This document shows, piece after piece, positions 12,746 to 24,900 of a stretch of DNA of 64,000 nt (the first letter of the stretch is position 1; each line of letters begins with the position of its first letter). Origin of the DNA: Macrostomum lignano (lineage: Eukaryota). A model generated the notes under the pieces. It did no database searches. It saw only the letters and a list, made by a program, of their open reading frames with translations, and was not told where the DNA came from. The position numbers and the translations under genes are program-made. The stretch spans positions 1-64,000 of the forward strand of contig NIVC01002133.1 in the NCBI GenBank assembly GCA_002269645.1, read 5' to 3'.

Positions 12746-13012
12746 ATGCTTATCTCTGCCGGCTGCCTGCTCCTGACTGTGCTGCTGGGCCTCGGCCAGG
12801 TCGCCTCCTCCCTGACTCTGCAGGAGGCGCTGCAGGACGAGGCGAGGCTGATCCACTTCGACCAGTCAAAATTCCTCATCTGGGTGCATGCGCTGGTGGC
12901 TCTGGCCATCCTGTACGGCATCCTGCTGTTCATCTGGAGCTTCGTCACCATCTTCATGAAGGTCACCGGCCGGACCAGGCAGCGCCGCAGCTACGAAAAG
13001 GAGGACAGTTGA
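12746..13012 (+). CDS. 88-aa single-pass membrane microprotein (signal peptide, short ectodomain, TM, basic tail); unknown family
   Basis: ATG at 12746 to TGA at 13012. GC-rich codons contrast with AT-rich flanks. MLISAGCLLLTVLLGLGQVASS is signal-like, FLIWVHALVALAILYGILLFIWSFVTIFM is a TM segment, and KVTGRTRQRRSYEKEDS is a positive-inside tail. Confidence 0.65.
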   Translation: MLISAGCLLLTVLLGLGQVASSLTLQEALQDEARLIHFDQSKFLIWVHALVALAILYGILLFIWSFVTIFMKVTGRTRQRRSYEKEDS

Positions 13013-13669
13013 ACCCGCACCAGCTGCGGCCTGTCGGGGATTAACTTATTAATTATCGGTTCATAAATTTCCCGTGTTGACCTAAACCATGCCCAGGTAT
13101 GTAGTTGTATTCTATAACTGCTTTTCACATGCCAACTATTGAGAAATTTTAACCCCATGTGTCTTCCTTTTCTTTGTGCACTTCCCAAAACATAAACTTT
13201 ATAAAGTGCATATTATAGTGACAGCTCTGAACCATTCTCAAACATCTTTGATATCGGTAAAAATAAATTAGTGAGCCATCTTAGTTTACTTGAGCCTGCT
13301 TCTTGATTGATGGATGACATTTATGAATTTTGTTCTCTGACGTTTTGCTTCTTATTTTCATGAAGCAGATCTCTTGCTGTAGTTTTTTTGTCCACCATAA
13401 GCAGATTGCCTTCAGCTCCACCGCACTACTTGTAGTAAAAAGTCGAGAGAATGATTTATTATCATCTCTTTGATACCATCAAATTTAGTGCAGGTAAAGC
13501 CGCTTCTCTGAACTTTTTCATCCAATAATATGTAGGCTCACTTTTCAAACTCCATAATAAATTGCGACAATATGTAATATCAATAGTTATTTGACAACAT
13601 ATCTTTAGAACTCAGCTTGAGTTTGCACTTTTACTTCTTTGAAAATGCCAAAATACATGTACACGTATT

Positions 13670-13965
13670 GCGATCCTGCTTTGCCAGAGGCCCAGGTTCG
13701 ATTCCAAGTGCACTCACATTAATTTGGGGCAAAATTGTAATTTCGGCTTGGCTCTGCTCGTGCAATTAACGGCCTTTTAAGGGCCAACCCCCAAGGCACA
13801 GTGAAGTTTACATTCTTAAATAAAGTTAGCGCCGCTGTACACTCCTGTGTGAGTGTGTGCTGTGCGTATGACTGCGTACGTATCCGCACGCTCGTGTGCC
13901 TGCTCAGAGGAGTCGGCGGAATGGGCAGTAATGCCTCTCGCCGGTTGTGTGACAATGTCGCTTAA
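13670..13965 (+). mobile_element. tRNA-derived SINE copy
   Basis: B-box GGTTCGATTCC at about 13696. The body (GGGCCAACCCCCAAGGCACAG...GCCGCTGTACACTCCTGTGTG...GAGTCGGCGGAATG) is shared with copies at 5795, 51372 and 60800. Confidence 0.75.
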
Positions 13966-14199
13966 AAATGGGGAATACAAGCATATAGCAAATTAGCATA
14001 TTGATTAACAGAAATCTAATAGTCATTTTTTATTCCACGCTCGTAGAGGCAGTGGGCTGTGTGCACCCTTGCACACTTAAGGGTCCATATATAATATTAA
14101 GGCATATTATAATATATTTATATTATAATATTAAGGCAGTGGGCTGTGTGCACCCTTGCACACTATAAGTAATCCATACTTATAGCGGCTGTTCATTCC

Positions 14200-14995
14200 C
14201 TACCCCACTGTACACAGTGACGGTCAATTCCCTACCCCACTGTACACAGCTACTGCCCATTCCCTACCACACTGTACACAGCTCCATTCCCTACCGCAGT
14301 GTACACTGTACACAGCTACTGCCCATTCCCTACCACACTGTACACAGCTCCATTCCCTACCGCAGTGTACACTGTACACAGCTACTGCCCATTCCCTACC
14401 CCAGTGAACACAGCTACTGCCCATTCACCTACCCAGCTGTGTACACAGCTACTGCCCATTCCCTACCACACTGTACACAGCTACTGCCCATTCCCTACCA
14501 CACTGTACACAGCTACTGCCCATTCCCTACCCACACTGTACACAGCTTACACAGCTACTGTCCATTCCCTAGGGCCCACTGTACACAGCTACTGCCCATT
14601 CCCTACCACACTGTACACAGCTACTGTCCATTCCCTACCACACTGTACACAGCTACTGTCCATTCCCTACCACACTGTACACAGCTACTGTCCATTCCCT
14701 AGGGCCCACTGTACACAGTGACGGTCCATTCCCTGCCCCAATGTACACAGTGACGGCCCATTCCCTAGCCCACTGTACACAGTGACGGTCCATTCCCTGC
14801 CCCAATGTACACAGTGACGGCCCATTCCCTAGGGCCCACTGTACACAGTGACGGTCCATTCCCTGCCCCAATGTACACAGTGACGGCCCATTCCCTAGCC
14901 CACTGTACACAGTGACGGTCCATTCCCTGCCCCAATGTACACAGTGACGGCCCATTCCCTAGCCCACTGTACACAGTGACGGTCTATTCCCTACC
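14200..14995. repeat. Minisatellite, about 32-bp unit (CCCATTCCCTACCACACTGTACACAGCTACTG) with a variant second half
   Basis: Tandem copies; the unit shifts to GTGACGGTCCATTCCCT after about 14700. Confidence 0.92.
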
Positions 14996-15159
14996 CATTC
15001 TCTCCCTATCCATTCCATAGAAAGTCAGAGCCGTTTGTAACCCCGAGCGAGCGTGCGCCTGCTTAGACTGTACGCGCTCAGCGGTCAGCGGTATGGCTGC
15101 CCAACTCCCTGCCTCCTCTCTGGCTTCTGGCCGCCTTGATTGTCGGCAGTTGCCCAAAG

Positions 15160-15200
15160 TAACCCTAACCCTAACCCTAACCTAACCCTAACCCTAACCC
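15160..15200. repeat. Short interstitial telomeric (CCCTAA)n tract
   Basis: TAACCCTAACCCTAACCCTAACCTAACCCTAACCCTAACCC. Confidence 0.8.
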
Positions 15201-15749
15201 CCTGCAAACTTAACCAACTGCCAATTAAAGCACTAAAAGCAATGACAGAGAAGATTGACAAATCGAGAAGAAAAAGAATACTTCGGAAACAGAACGAATA
15301 CTTTGGTATATTTTGGGAAATTGTATTATTAAAATGAAAAACATGATTTCGTATTGCAGTTCCGCCTCGTCCTGTGTCAGCTAGGAACACAAAAAAATTA
15401 AAATTATTTGTCCAAAGGCAGAGCAACGAGAGCATATAAACAATAGCAACATGTACTTTGAGGAAAGAGATCAGCATGTTACATGCATGTCAAATAAGTA
15501 CAACTGGCTAAAACAGACAATAATTCCGCATTTTCAAGGCGGGAACCGAATTAGTCGAGTCATATTTCGCACTAAAACAAGCGTAGAGATACAAAAAGAT
15601 ACAATAATGGCGATACCTAGGCATCAAACATAATGCGATTCAGCTGTGACTGATGATTACCTCACATATTTCAATTCTATTATTTACTTTATTCAGACAC
15701 CCAGTCTTGGGACACTGAGCTCTCTTTGCTAGTCACTACCGAATCTTGC

Positions 15750-16575
15750 AGTCAGTCACTCCTGCATGAAGCCTGTCACTCCTGCATCACTCCAGTCACT
15801 CCTGCATCACTCCAGTCACTCCTGCATCACTTTAGTCACTCCTGCATGAAGCCTGTCACTCCTGCATCACTCCAGTCACTCCTGCATCACTTTAGTCACT
15901 CCTGCATCACTCCAGTCACTCCTGCATCACTCCAGTCACTCCTGCATCACTCCAGTCACTCCTGTATCAAGCCTGTCACTCCTGCATCACTCCAGTCACT
16001 CCTGCATCACTCCAGTCACTCCTGCATCACTCCAGTCACTCCAGCATCAAGCCAGTCACTCCAGCATCACTCCAGTCACTCCTGCATCACTCCAGTTACT
16101 CCTGCATCACTCCAGTCACTCCTGCATCACTTTAGTCACTCCTGCATCACTCCAGTTACTCCTGCATCAAGCCAGTGACTCCAGCATCAAGCCAGTCACT
16201 CCAGCGTCAAGTCAGTCACTCCTGTATCAAGCCTGTCACTCCTGCATCACTCCAGTCACTCCTGCATCACTCCAGTCACTCCTGCATCACTCCAGTCACT
16301 CCAGTATCAAGCCAGTCACTCCTGCATCACTCCAGTCACTCCAGTATCAAGCCAGTCACTCCTGCATCACTCCAGTCACTCCAGTATCAAGCCAGTCACT
16401 CCAGTATCAAGCCAGTCACTCCAGTATCAAGCCAGTCACTCCAGTATCAAGCCAGTCACTCCAGTATCAAGCCAGTCACTCCAGTATCAAGCCAGTCACT
16501 CCAGTATCAAGCCAGTCACTCCAGTATCAAGCCAGTCACTCCAGTATCAAGCCAGTCACTCCTGCATCACTTCAC
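15750..16575. repeat. 20-bp minisatellite (CCAGTCACTCCTGCATCACT / CCAGTATCAAGCCAGTCACT) overlapping the GPCR stop
   Basis: Tandem copies extend into the GPCR's final codons. Confidence 0.93.
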
Positions 16576-18942
16576 TTGGCTCATTCAGAGGCTGCATCTC
16601 GACAGTCTTTCTATCGTCGCCTCCCGCGCTGCCGCCGTTGCCGCCGACATGCGAGCCGGATCTTCGCTTCTGCATCAGCGAGCTGGCGTAGGCGCCAGGC
16701 CGCCGGCGCCTCTGACTTCTAGTCAGCAGCTCCTCGGCTCGCCGAACTGGCGCCCTGTTCACCGACTCGCTGCTGATGCAGCCGCTAGAGAGGCAAACCA
16801 CGGCGCCGGCGAAGGCCACCCGCTGGCGGAAGGAGGCGACGCAGGCCAAGTAGACCCAGAAGCCGGCCGCAAAGCTGGCGTCCTGCACCGAGTCCAGCAG
16901 CTTGGTCAGCTGGGCCAGGTAGCGGCACCAGCAGCTGTCGCGCGGGTTGCAGACTCCGCAGTTGGCGCGCATCACTATGGCAACGCATAGCGGAGCGGCC
17001 AGCAGGCAGCTGGCCAGAGACAGGGCCAGGTTGGCATAGTAACGGGACAGCTCGATGCGATGCGAGTCCTGCAGGCCGGAGCCCGGTGACGACGTCGGCG
17101 AGAGGAGCTCGCGGCGGCGACGGCGGGCGCGGAGCAGCAGATAGAGCAAGGCAGCGCTGAGGGCCACCTGCGTGGCGACATGGGGAGCAGAAATTGATTT
17201 CACAGGTGATGTAGCAGACAGATACGATTGATCGATAAAGACACCTGGGATTTCCCAGGTGATGGAGCAGACAGATACGACCGATGAATAAAGACACCTG
17301 TGCACCTGGGATTTCCTGGTGAGGAAGCAGACAGATACGATCGATCGATAAAGACACCTGTGCACCTGGATTTTCCAGGTGATGTAGCAGACAGATACGA
17401 TTGATCGATAAATACACCTGTGCACCTGGATTTTCCAGGTGATGTAGCAGACAGATACGATTGATCGATAAAGACACCTGTGATAAAGACACCTGGGATT
17501 TCCCATGTGAGGAGCAGACAGATACGATTGATCGATAAAGACACCTGTGCACCTGGATTTTCCAGGTGATGAAGCAGACAGATACGATTGATCCATAAAG
17601 ACACCTGTGCACCTGGATTTTCCAGGTGATGAAGCAGACAGATACGATTGATCCATAAAGACACCTGTGATAAAGACACCTGGGATTTCCCAGGTGAGGA
17701 AGCAGACAGATACGATTGATCGATAAAGACACCTGTGCACCTGGATTTTCCAGGTGATGAAGCAGACAGATACGATTGATCGATAAAGACACCTGTGCAC
17801 CTGGATTTTCCAGGTGATGAAGCAGACAGATACTATTGATCGATAAAGACACCTGTGCACCTGGATTTTCCAGGTGATGAAGCAGACAGATACGATTGAT
17901 CCATAAAGACACCTGTGATAAAGACACCTGGGATTTCCCAGGTGGTGAAGCAGACAGATACGATCGATCGATAAAGACACCTGTGCACCTGGATTTTCCA
18001 GGTGATGAAGCAGACAGATACTATTGATCGATAAAGACACCTGTGCACCTGGATTTTCCAGGTGATGAAGCAGACAGATACGATTGATCCATAAAGACAC
18101 CTGTGATAAAGACACCTGGGATTTTCCAGGTGATGAAGCAGACAGATACGATCGATCGATAAAGACACCTGTGCACCTGGGATTTTCCAGGTGGGGAAGC
18201 CCACGGACAATTTTCGGCATCTAAATTAATATCTAGCAAGTAGGAGCCCTCTGACCTGCAGACCGAACGGGACCACAAAGATCCCAAAGCCTTTGTAGTA
18301 GATGGCAAAGTTGGCCAGCCTGTTCTCCGTTGTTGCATTGCAGGTCACGTGACAGGTGCGCCACAGGTGCGGCCCTGCCGACTGTCCCGCCGTTGATGCG
18401 CTGTCATTTTGTCGCGAGTGCCACTCCTCGGCGACATCGTAGACGACGGCAGCCGGCGCGTTGAGCGCCAGTCCGGCCACGCAGACGGCCAGCACGGCGC
18501 CGACAGTTTCGCGGACGCAGCCGCGGGCGGCGAAGCGCAGCGGCCTCCAGACGCCCAGAAGCCTGTCGACAGTGAAGGCTAGAAGCAGATGGGCAGACAC
18601 GAATAGAAAGTAGTTCTGCAGGAACTCCAGCAGCTTGCAGCTGGCCACGCTGACCGTGTCGAGCTTCAGCACCGCCCGGCCGGTCGCGTGCATCAGTCCG
18701 CGACCGAGGAAGTCGTCCAGCAGGCCGCTGACCAGCAGAACTCCGGCGTCTGACACGGCCAGTGCCGAGCAATAGATTCCGAATCTGTTCCAGCGGCTGA
18801 GCCGGGCTTCCAGCGTGAATATGATTAGCGTGGCTATGTTGCCAAGGATGCCAGTTACCACTATGATTGGCGTGAAGTAGGCGCGAGTGGCGCCCACAGC
18901 GAAGCGCAGGTCCGCCTCCAGTGGACAGGAACTATTAGACAT
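16556..18942 (-). CDS. Orphan class A (rhodopsin-like) GPCR, peptide-receptor-like, 2 exons
   Basis: Exon 1 is 18942-18256 (CAG|GTCAGA donor) and exon 2 is 17167-16556 (ACGCAG|GTG acceptor, phase 0). TM1 GILGN, TM2 LAVSD, TM3 C..FTVDRLLGVWRPL, TM4-7 present, TGA at 16556-16558. Confidence 0.88.
17200..18195. repeat. About 60-bp composite minisatellite filling the GPCR intron
   Basis: GATGAAGCAGACAGATACGATTGATCGATAAAGACACCTGTGCACCTGGATTTTCCAGGT units. Confidence 0.93.
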
Positions 18943-19663
18943 GTTCTCTGTGCTTTGATTCCACAGTCAGTCTACAGTAGATTGCGCTCGTCAGGCATGT
19001 TCGAGTGCAAAGATTTTGGTTAAATTTGTATTATCGATACAACCTGAATTAAAATAGGTTTCTAGAGTCGAGTAGTGTAGGTAATGTTAAGGTAAGAACG
19101 CTGCTGTTTAAGTTCAATTCAGGACTGCAGATCTCGTACTCAGTAAATTCTACCGTTAGTTTTTGAACTATTATTACTCGCATTAAAAGCCACGCGCACC
19201 TCCTGCTCGGCGTTTATAAATTGGAGCAAACGGGCTTGGGTGGAGTGGAGTGGAAACAAAGAAGGGCCGCCTCGCACCCTTTCTCTTCACTTCTCTCTCT
19301 CTGCACAGCGCGCGCGCGTTCCAAATAGATAGCGCGGCCCACCTTGCCTTTAAAGTCTGGTAAAGCCCAAGCCCAACCCCCGCAGCTCTAACTTAGTCAA
19401 CAAACTGAATGTGCATAACCAGCCCGCCCGTGGTGTACGTTGAAATGTACAGTCACTCTAATGACGTTTAGATCCCCTTATTGGATGAGAGGGGAACTCT
19501 CATCCCCTCCTTATGAAAGTCGTTCTATTATATTTTGGTCTTTATCCGACGCGTTACCTATTCCTTTAATTTCGCATTCTCAAAGTTTGGAATTACCTGA
19601 TTCAGATCAGATCCTCTTATTGAGTACTTTCAATTTCCAATTACATGTACATGTACAACGATT

Positions 19664-21144
19664 CATAGGCGTAGGAACGTTTCAAAATGTGGGGGGGCAG
19701 GCGCACGCCCCCCCCCCGTCGAGTTAGATTTTTTATTTTTTATATGAGAAATGCACATCATCATGTACCGATTCTAAAAATAATCGGTGTTGTCAGCTCA
19801 GCACTCATTTTGGCGCCGCAGGCACTTGTTTTGGCGCCGCAGGCACTCGTTTTGGCGCCGCAGGCACTCGTTTTGGTGCCGCAGGTACTCATTTTGGCGC
19901 CGCAGGCACTCATTTTGGCGCCGCAGGCACTCATTTTAGCGCCGCAGGCACTCATTTTGGCGCCGCAGGCACTCATTTTGGCGCCGCAGGCACTCAGTTT
20001 GGCACCGCAGGCACTCATTTTGGCGCTGCAGGCACTCATTTTGGCGCCGCAGGCACTCATTTTGGCGCCGCAGGCACTCATTTTGGCACCGCAGGCACTC
20101 GTTTTGGCGCCGCAGGCACTCGTTTTGGCGCCGCAGGCACTCATTTTGGCGCCGCAGGCACTCATTTTGGCGCCGCAGGCACTCATTTTGGCGCCGCAGG
20201 CACTCAGTTTGGCACCGCAGGCACTCATTTTGGCGCCGCAGGCACTCATTTTGGCGCCGCAGGCACTCATTTTGGCGCCGCAGGCACTCATTTTGGCGCC
20301 GCAGGCACTCAGTTTGGCACCGCAGGCACTCATTTTGGCGCCGCAGGCACTCATTTTAACGCCGCAAGCACTCATTTTGGCGCCGCAGGCACTCATTTTG
20401 GCGCCGCAGCCACTCGTTTTGGCGCCGCAGGCACTCATTTTGGCGCCGCAGGCACTCATTTTAACGCCGCAGGCACTCATTTTGGCGCCGCAGGCACTCA
20501 TTTTAGCGCCGCAGGCACTCATTTTGGCGCCGCAGGCACTCATTTTGGCGCCGCAGGCACTCATTTTAACGCCGCAGGCACTCATTTTGGCGCCGCAGGC
20601 ACTCATTTTGGCGCCGCAGACACTCATTTTGGCGCCGCAGGCACTCATTTTGGCGCCGCAGGCACTCATTTTGGCGCCGCAGGCACTCATTTTGGCGCTG
20701 CAGGCACTCATTTTGGCGCCGCAGGCACTCATTTTGGCGCCGCAGGCACTCATTTTGGCGCCGCAGGCACTCATTTTAACGCCGCAGGCACTCATTTTAG
20801 CGCCGCAGGCACTCATTTTGGCGCCGCAGCCACTCATTTTGGCGCCGCAGGCACTCATTTTGGCGCCGCAGGCACTCATTTTAACGCCGCAGGCACTCAT
20901 TTTGGCGCCGCAGGCACTCATTTTGGCGCCGCAGGCACTCATTTTGGCGCCGCAGGCACTCATTTTGGCGCCGCAGGCACTCATTTTAACGCCGCAGGCG
21001 CTATGTTTTGTCATCCTGCAGCAAAATGCATTCATGCAAAGCAGAAAAAACCAGAAATAAGAGTAAAAAATAAGCAAAAGTCTACATTTTGCATTTAAAA
21101 AGCGGGGGGCCATGCATGGCATCTCCCCCGTTTCTGCGCCTGTG
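19664..21144. mobile_element. hAT-like non-autonomous DNA transposon carrying an internal 21-bp tandem array
   Basis: Termini CATAGGCGTAG ... CTGCGCCTGTG (imperfect TIR), G-rich and C-rich subterminal tracts, and flanks sharing CAACGAT (imperfect TSD). Confidence 0.6.
19795..21000. repeat. 21-bp minisatellite (CATTTTGGCGCCGCAGGCACT) inside a hAT-like element
   Basis: Dozens of near-identical copies; source of the ALILAPQ and KMSACGA ORFs. Confidence 0.95.
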
Positions 21145-21994
21145 TCAACGATGTAACATGTACGCAACACTTTAAGCGGTAACTTTTGCTGCTGTAAATT
21201 CTAATGTTTATTTACGGTTATTTACGGTTTCAAAATGTTTGGAAACACAAGCCCATGAATGTGTGAATCTGTGCATTTGATGTTAGCAATAGCATCGAAT
21301 TTATTTAGTTTCAAAATGTACATTTCAGGGGTAGTTTTCAGTTTTCCACATGCACAACTGGAAGCTCAAAGGTTGTCAATAAGCGTCATTGACATGACTA
21401 AATATGCACTGTCGTCTGCATTTATTTAAATAAAAGCGAGTGGGTGACAAAATCGCTTTCGTTCGTTCGGTACAGCTACATGTGAATACGGCCAAAGAAA
21501 TAAATACTTATGTGCTAATCACGCAAGAACAGCGGTATTTCGCTACTGTTAGTAGCAAACGCAGCTATTTATGAATATATTTATTTAGATAAATAAAATT
21601 TTCGCAAATAAGGTAACCAATAGCAATATGGAATAAAAAACTTTTGGAGAGCAGGCAATCGGATCACATTTATAGCATTTTATTTTAATAAACATTCAAC
21701 TAATTATCTATTCTCAAATTGGAATTTCTGAAATTTCCAGGCTTACTGGGGGAATTGCTGAGATCTCAAGACTTACGGACGGATGGGAGGTGGTCATCCC
21801 CCCTCCAGAGGGGGGTAGGAGGGTGGTCAGTGGTCACCCGTGGGCAACAGCCCCCTCTGCCCCCGCCTGCGCCGCCACTGATGTCAAGGCTTACGGGGGG
21901 CATTGCCAAGATGTCAAGGCTTACTGGGGCAATTGCTGGGTTGTCAAGGCCAAAGGGGGCACTAGATTGCTAGTTGGATTCTATAAAAGCTCCA

Positions 21995-24900
21995 TTACTC
22001 GCCCACTGTGATATTGCCGCCATAGATGGCCAGCAGGAGGATGGCGCCGAAGCCCGTGAACAGGCCCAGATTCTGCAACAGGAAGATCTTCGCCCGGCCA
22101 ATTTGCTTTGCCTGAGGCTCCTCCATCGCGCTGTTCACTTCCGGCATCTGTGTTAGAAAAAATGTATAATTTAAGCACGAAAATAAAAAATCATTTTTTT
22201 TTACCAGAATCGCCAGAAAAGAAACGACCCATTCTGCTACTCGCAAAAAGGAAAACCGCAACCAGCAAAGAATTTCCTATTAGAGATTTATGATTCTATC
22301 AGATACCGTAAAGACGCGGCATTTCTCGGGTTGTGCCGCAATCCAATTGGCCTGGCACTCGCTAGCCCAATCCAATTATAGAGTCCTCACCGGAGGTGAT
22401 GTACTCATCTAAAAATAACCCTTCCTTTTCGTACTTTCCAATTCGCTTTTTGGCCCTCGGCCTTGGTTTAGGGGGGTGTACCTGGAGTGAGTGTGATCTC
22501 TGGACTGCAGTGTGACTAAAACGGGACTTGAGCCCCCCGGTCGCACCCGCCCTGCAGGAAAGAATGACCATTCACAAAGGTGTACGGTAGAGCCCAGTAG
22601 CATGCCAGCCCTGAGGCTGAGCCCCGGGTTTAGGGTTCAGGTGCTCCTCCTAATGCTTTTATCCCTTTGTGCTTTTATTAATGTAAGGCCTAATGCCGCT
22701 CCAAAAATCCGGAGTTATGAGCTCTGCCCTCCCCGCCAGGTCCATCTTGCTCTCCTCGGTCCATCTGCTGGCTCCTCTGGAAGTTCCCTGCCCTTGTGTC
22801 TCGGCTCTCATCCTGACAGTGGATTGGAGTCCTGGGGTTGATGTTCGTCCCGAATCGGGGATACCGGCTGAGTCCGGGTCCTCTTGCGCCTTGTGCCCCT
22901 TCCCGACCCCTTGGCCTGGCCTCCAATATTGAGCTGGGAAGGTGACACCCTTGGGCTCGCAGCCCTATAGGTAGACGGTCTTCCTGCCTGATAGGAGGCT
23001 CGCCCTCGGATACAAGCCTCCCAGACTCACTCCAAAATTAAGCCATTTCGTAGACTTTAAGGTTTCCACGCTCTCGGACCGCTTTCAGTAGTATTTCAAA
23101 CATTTTCCAATTCTTTTTTCGCGCACTACCGGGACTTGTCTGCTGGATGGTGGCTTGGGTGGACTCGGTCTTAGCACCGTCCCTGATTCCACTTTTGGGT
23201 TGGCGGTTTCTTAGTTCATAGGTTTGGGTTAGTAGCTTCCCCTGGCCTCGTCGTCAGGGTCCAACCCGGTCTTGCTCGGGCTATATGCCCCTGGTAGATG
23301 TGCCCCCCCCCCACAGCGGCAGAGCCCCTCTCAAGGCTGATCCGCGGCTTGCCCCCGGCTTCCCACCCCGTTTAACAACAACAATTTCCTATAAGAGATT
23401 TTCAAACAATCCCAACCTGTCAAAGAATCCTCACATGCCAAATAATCCAAACTTGTCAGAGATCCCAACCTGTTAGAGATCCCAACCTGTCAGAAATCCC
23501 AACCTGTCAGAGATCCCAACCTGCCTGACATCCCAACCTGTCAGAGATCCCAACCTGTCAGAGATCCCAACCTGTTAGAGATCCCAACCTGTCAGAGATC
23601 CCAACCTGTCAGAGATCCCAACCTGTCAGAAATCCCAACCTGTCAGAGATCCCAACCTGTTAGAGATCCCAACCTGTCAGAAATCCCAACCTGTCAGAGA
23701 TCCCAACCTGCCTGACATCCCAACCTGTCAGAGATCCCAACCTGTCAGAGATCCCAACCTGTTAGAGATCCCAACCTGTCAGAGATCCCAACCTGTTTGA
23801 GATCCCAACCTGTCAGAAACCCCAACCTGTCAGAGATCCCAACCTGTCAGAGATCCCAACCTGTCAGAGATCCCAACCTGTTAGAGATCCCAACCTGTCA
23901 GAAACCCCAACCTGTCAGAGATCCCAACCTGTCGGAGATCCCAACCTGTCAGAGATCCCAACCTGTCAGAGATCCCAACCTGTTTGAGATCCCAACCTGT
24001 CAGAAACCCCAACCTGTCAGAGATCCCAACCTGCCTGACATCCCAACCTGTCAGAGATCCCAACCTGTCAGAAACCCCAACCTGTCAGAGATCCCAACCT
24101 GCCTGACATCCCAACCTGTCAGAAACCCCAACCTGTCAGAGATCCCAACCTGTCAGAGATCCCAACCTGTCAGAGATCCCAACCTGTCAGAGATCCCAAC
24201 CTGTTAGAGATCCCAACCTGTCAGAGATCCCAACCTGTAAGAGATCCAAACCTGTCAGAGATCCCAACCTGCCTGACCCAACCTGCCTGACAGAGATCCA
24301 AATCTATCCAATGATCCCTACCTGTCGGACACCAGAACCCGTCAGAGATCCCAACGCAGCTCACCATGTCCACCAGGCTGATGTACAAGAACATGCCGCT
24401 GGCGACGGCGAAGATCCACACGCTGGCGCCGGTCTCTCCCAGCCAGACGCCCAGCGCAAAGCCCAGGTAGCAGGTGCAGGCGGACAAGAAGTTGCACAGC
24501 AGCGCCATCGGCATGGACATCCCGGCTGACAGCAGGATGGCGAAGTCGCCGAGCTCGTGCGGCAGCTCCTCGCACAGCACCGCCAGGCAGATGCTGACGC
24601 CGCTCAGAGTCGACCGGGTGAAGGCCGCCCCGATGCTCAGGCCGTCGATGAAGTTGTGCAGCGCGTCGCCGAGCAGAATCATCCAGGCCACCGGCTGCAC
24701 CTTTGCCAGCCGGGTGGACACGTCCCTGTTGCTATTAACCATGTCGGTCTGGCTGTAGCAGGCGTCGCTGTTTTCGATTGCTTCTATCGGCAGCACGATG
24801 GCAGCTCCGTTCGCCGCGAGCTCCCCAGTCGGCGAGGAAGGCGCTTTGCTTCTATCCTGATCGGCCGACTCTTGTGGAGTGAAGCAAATCTCGGCCGTTT

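Noticed and set aside
19687-21170. 457-aa and 469-aa repetitive ORFs (ALILAPQ / KMSACGA)
   Set aside because: By-products of a 21-bp array inside a non-autonomous transposon.
22300-23400. GC-rich stretch with several short ORFs (possible retroelement remnant)
   Set aside because: No RT, gag or endonuclease motif recognised and the frames are short. Left unannotated.
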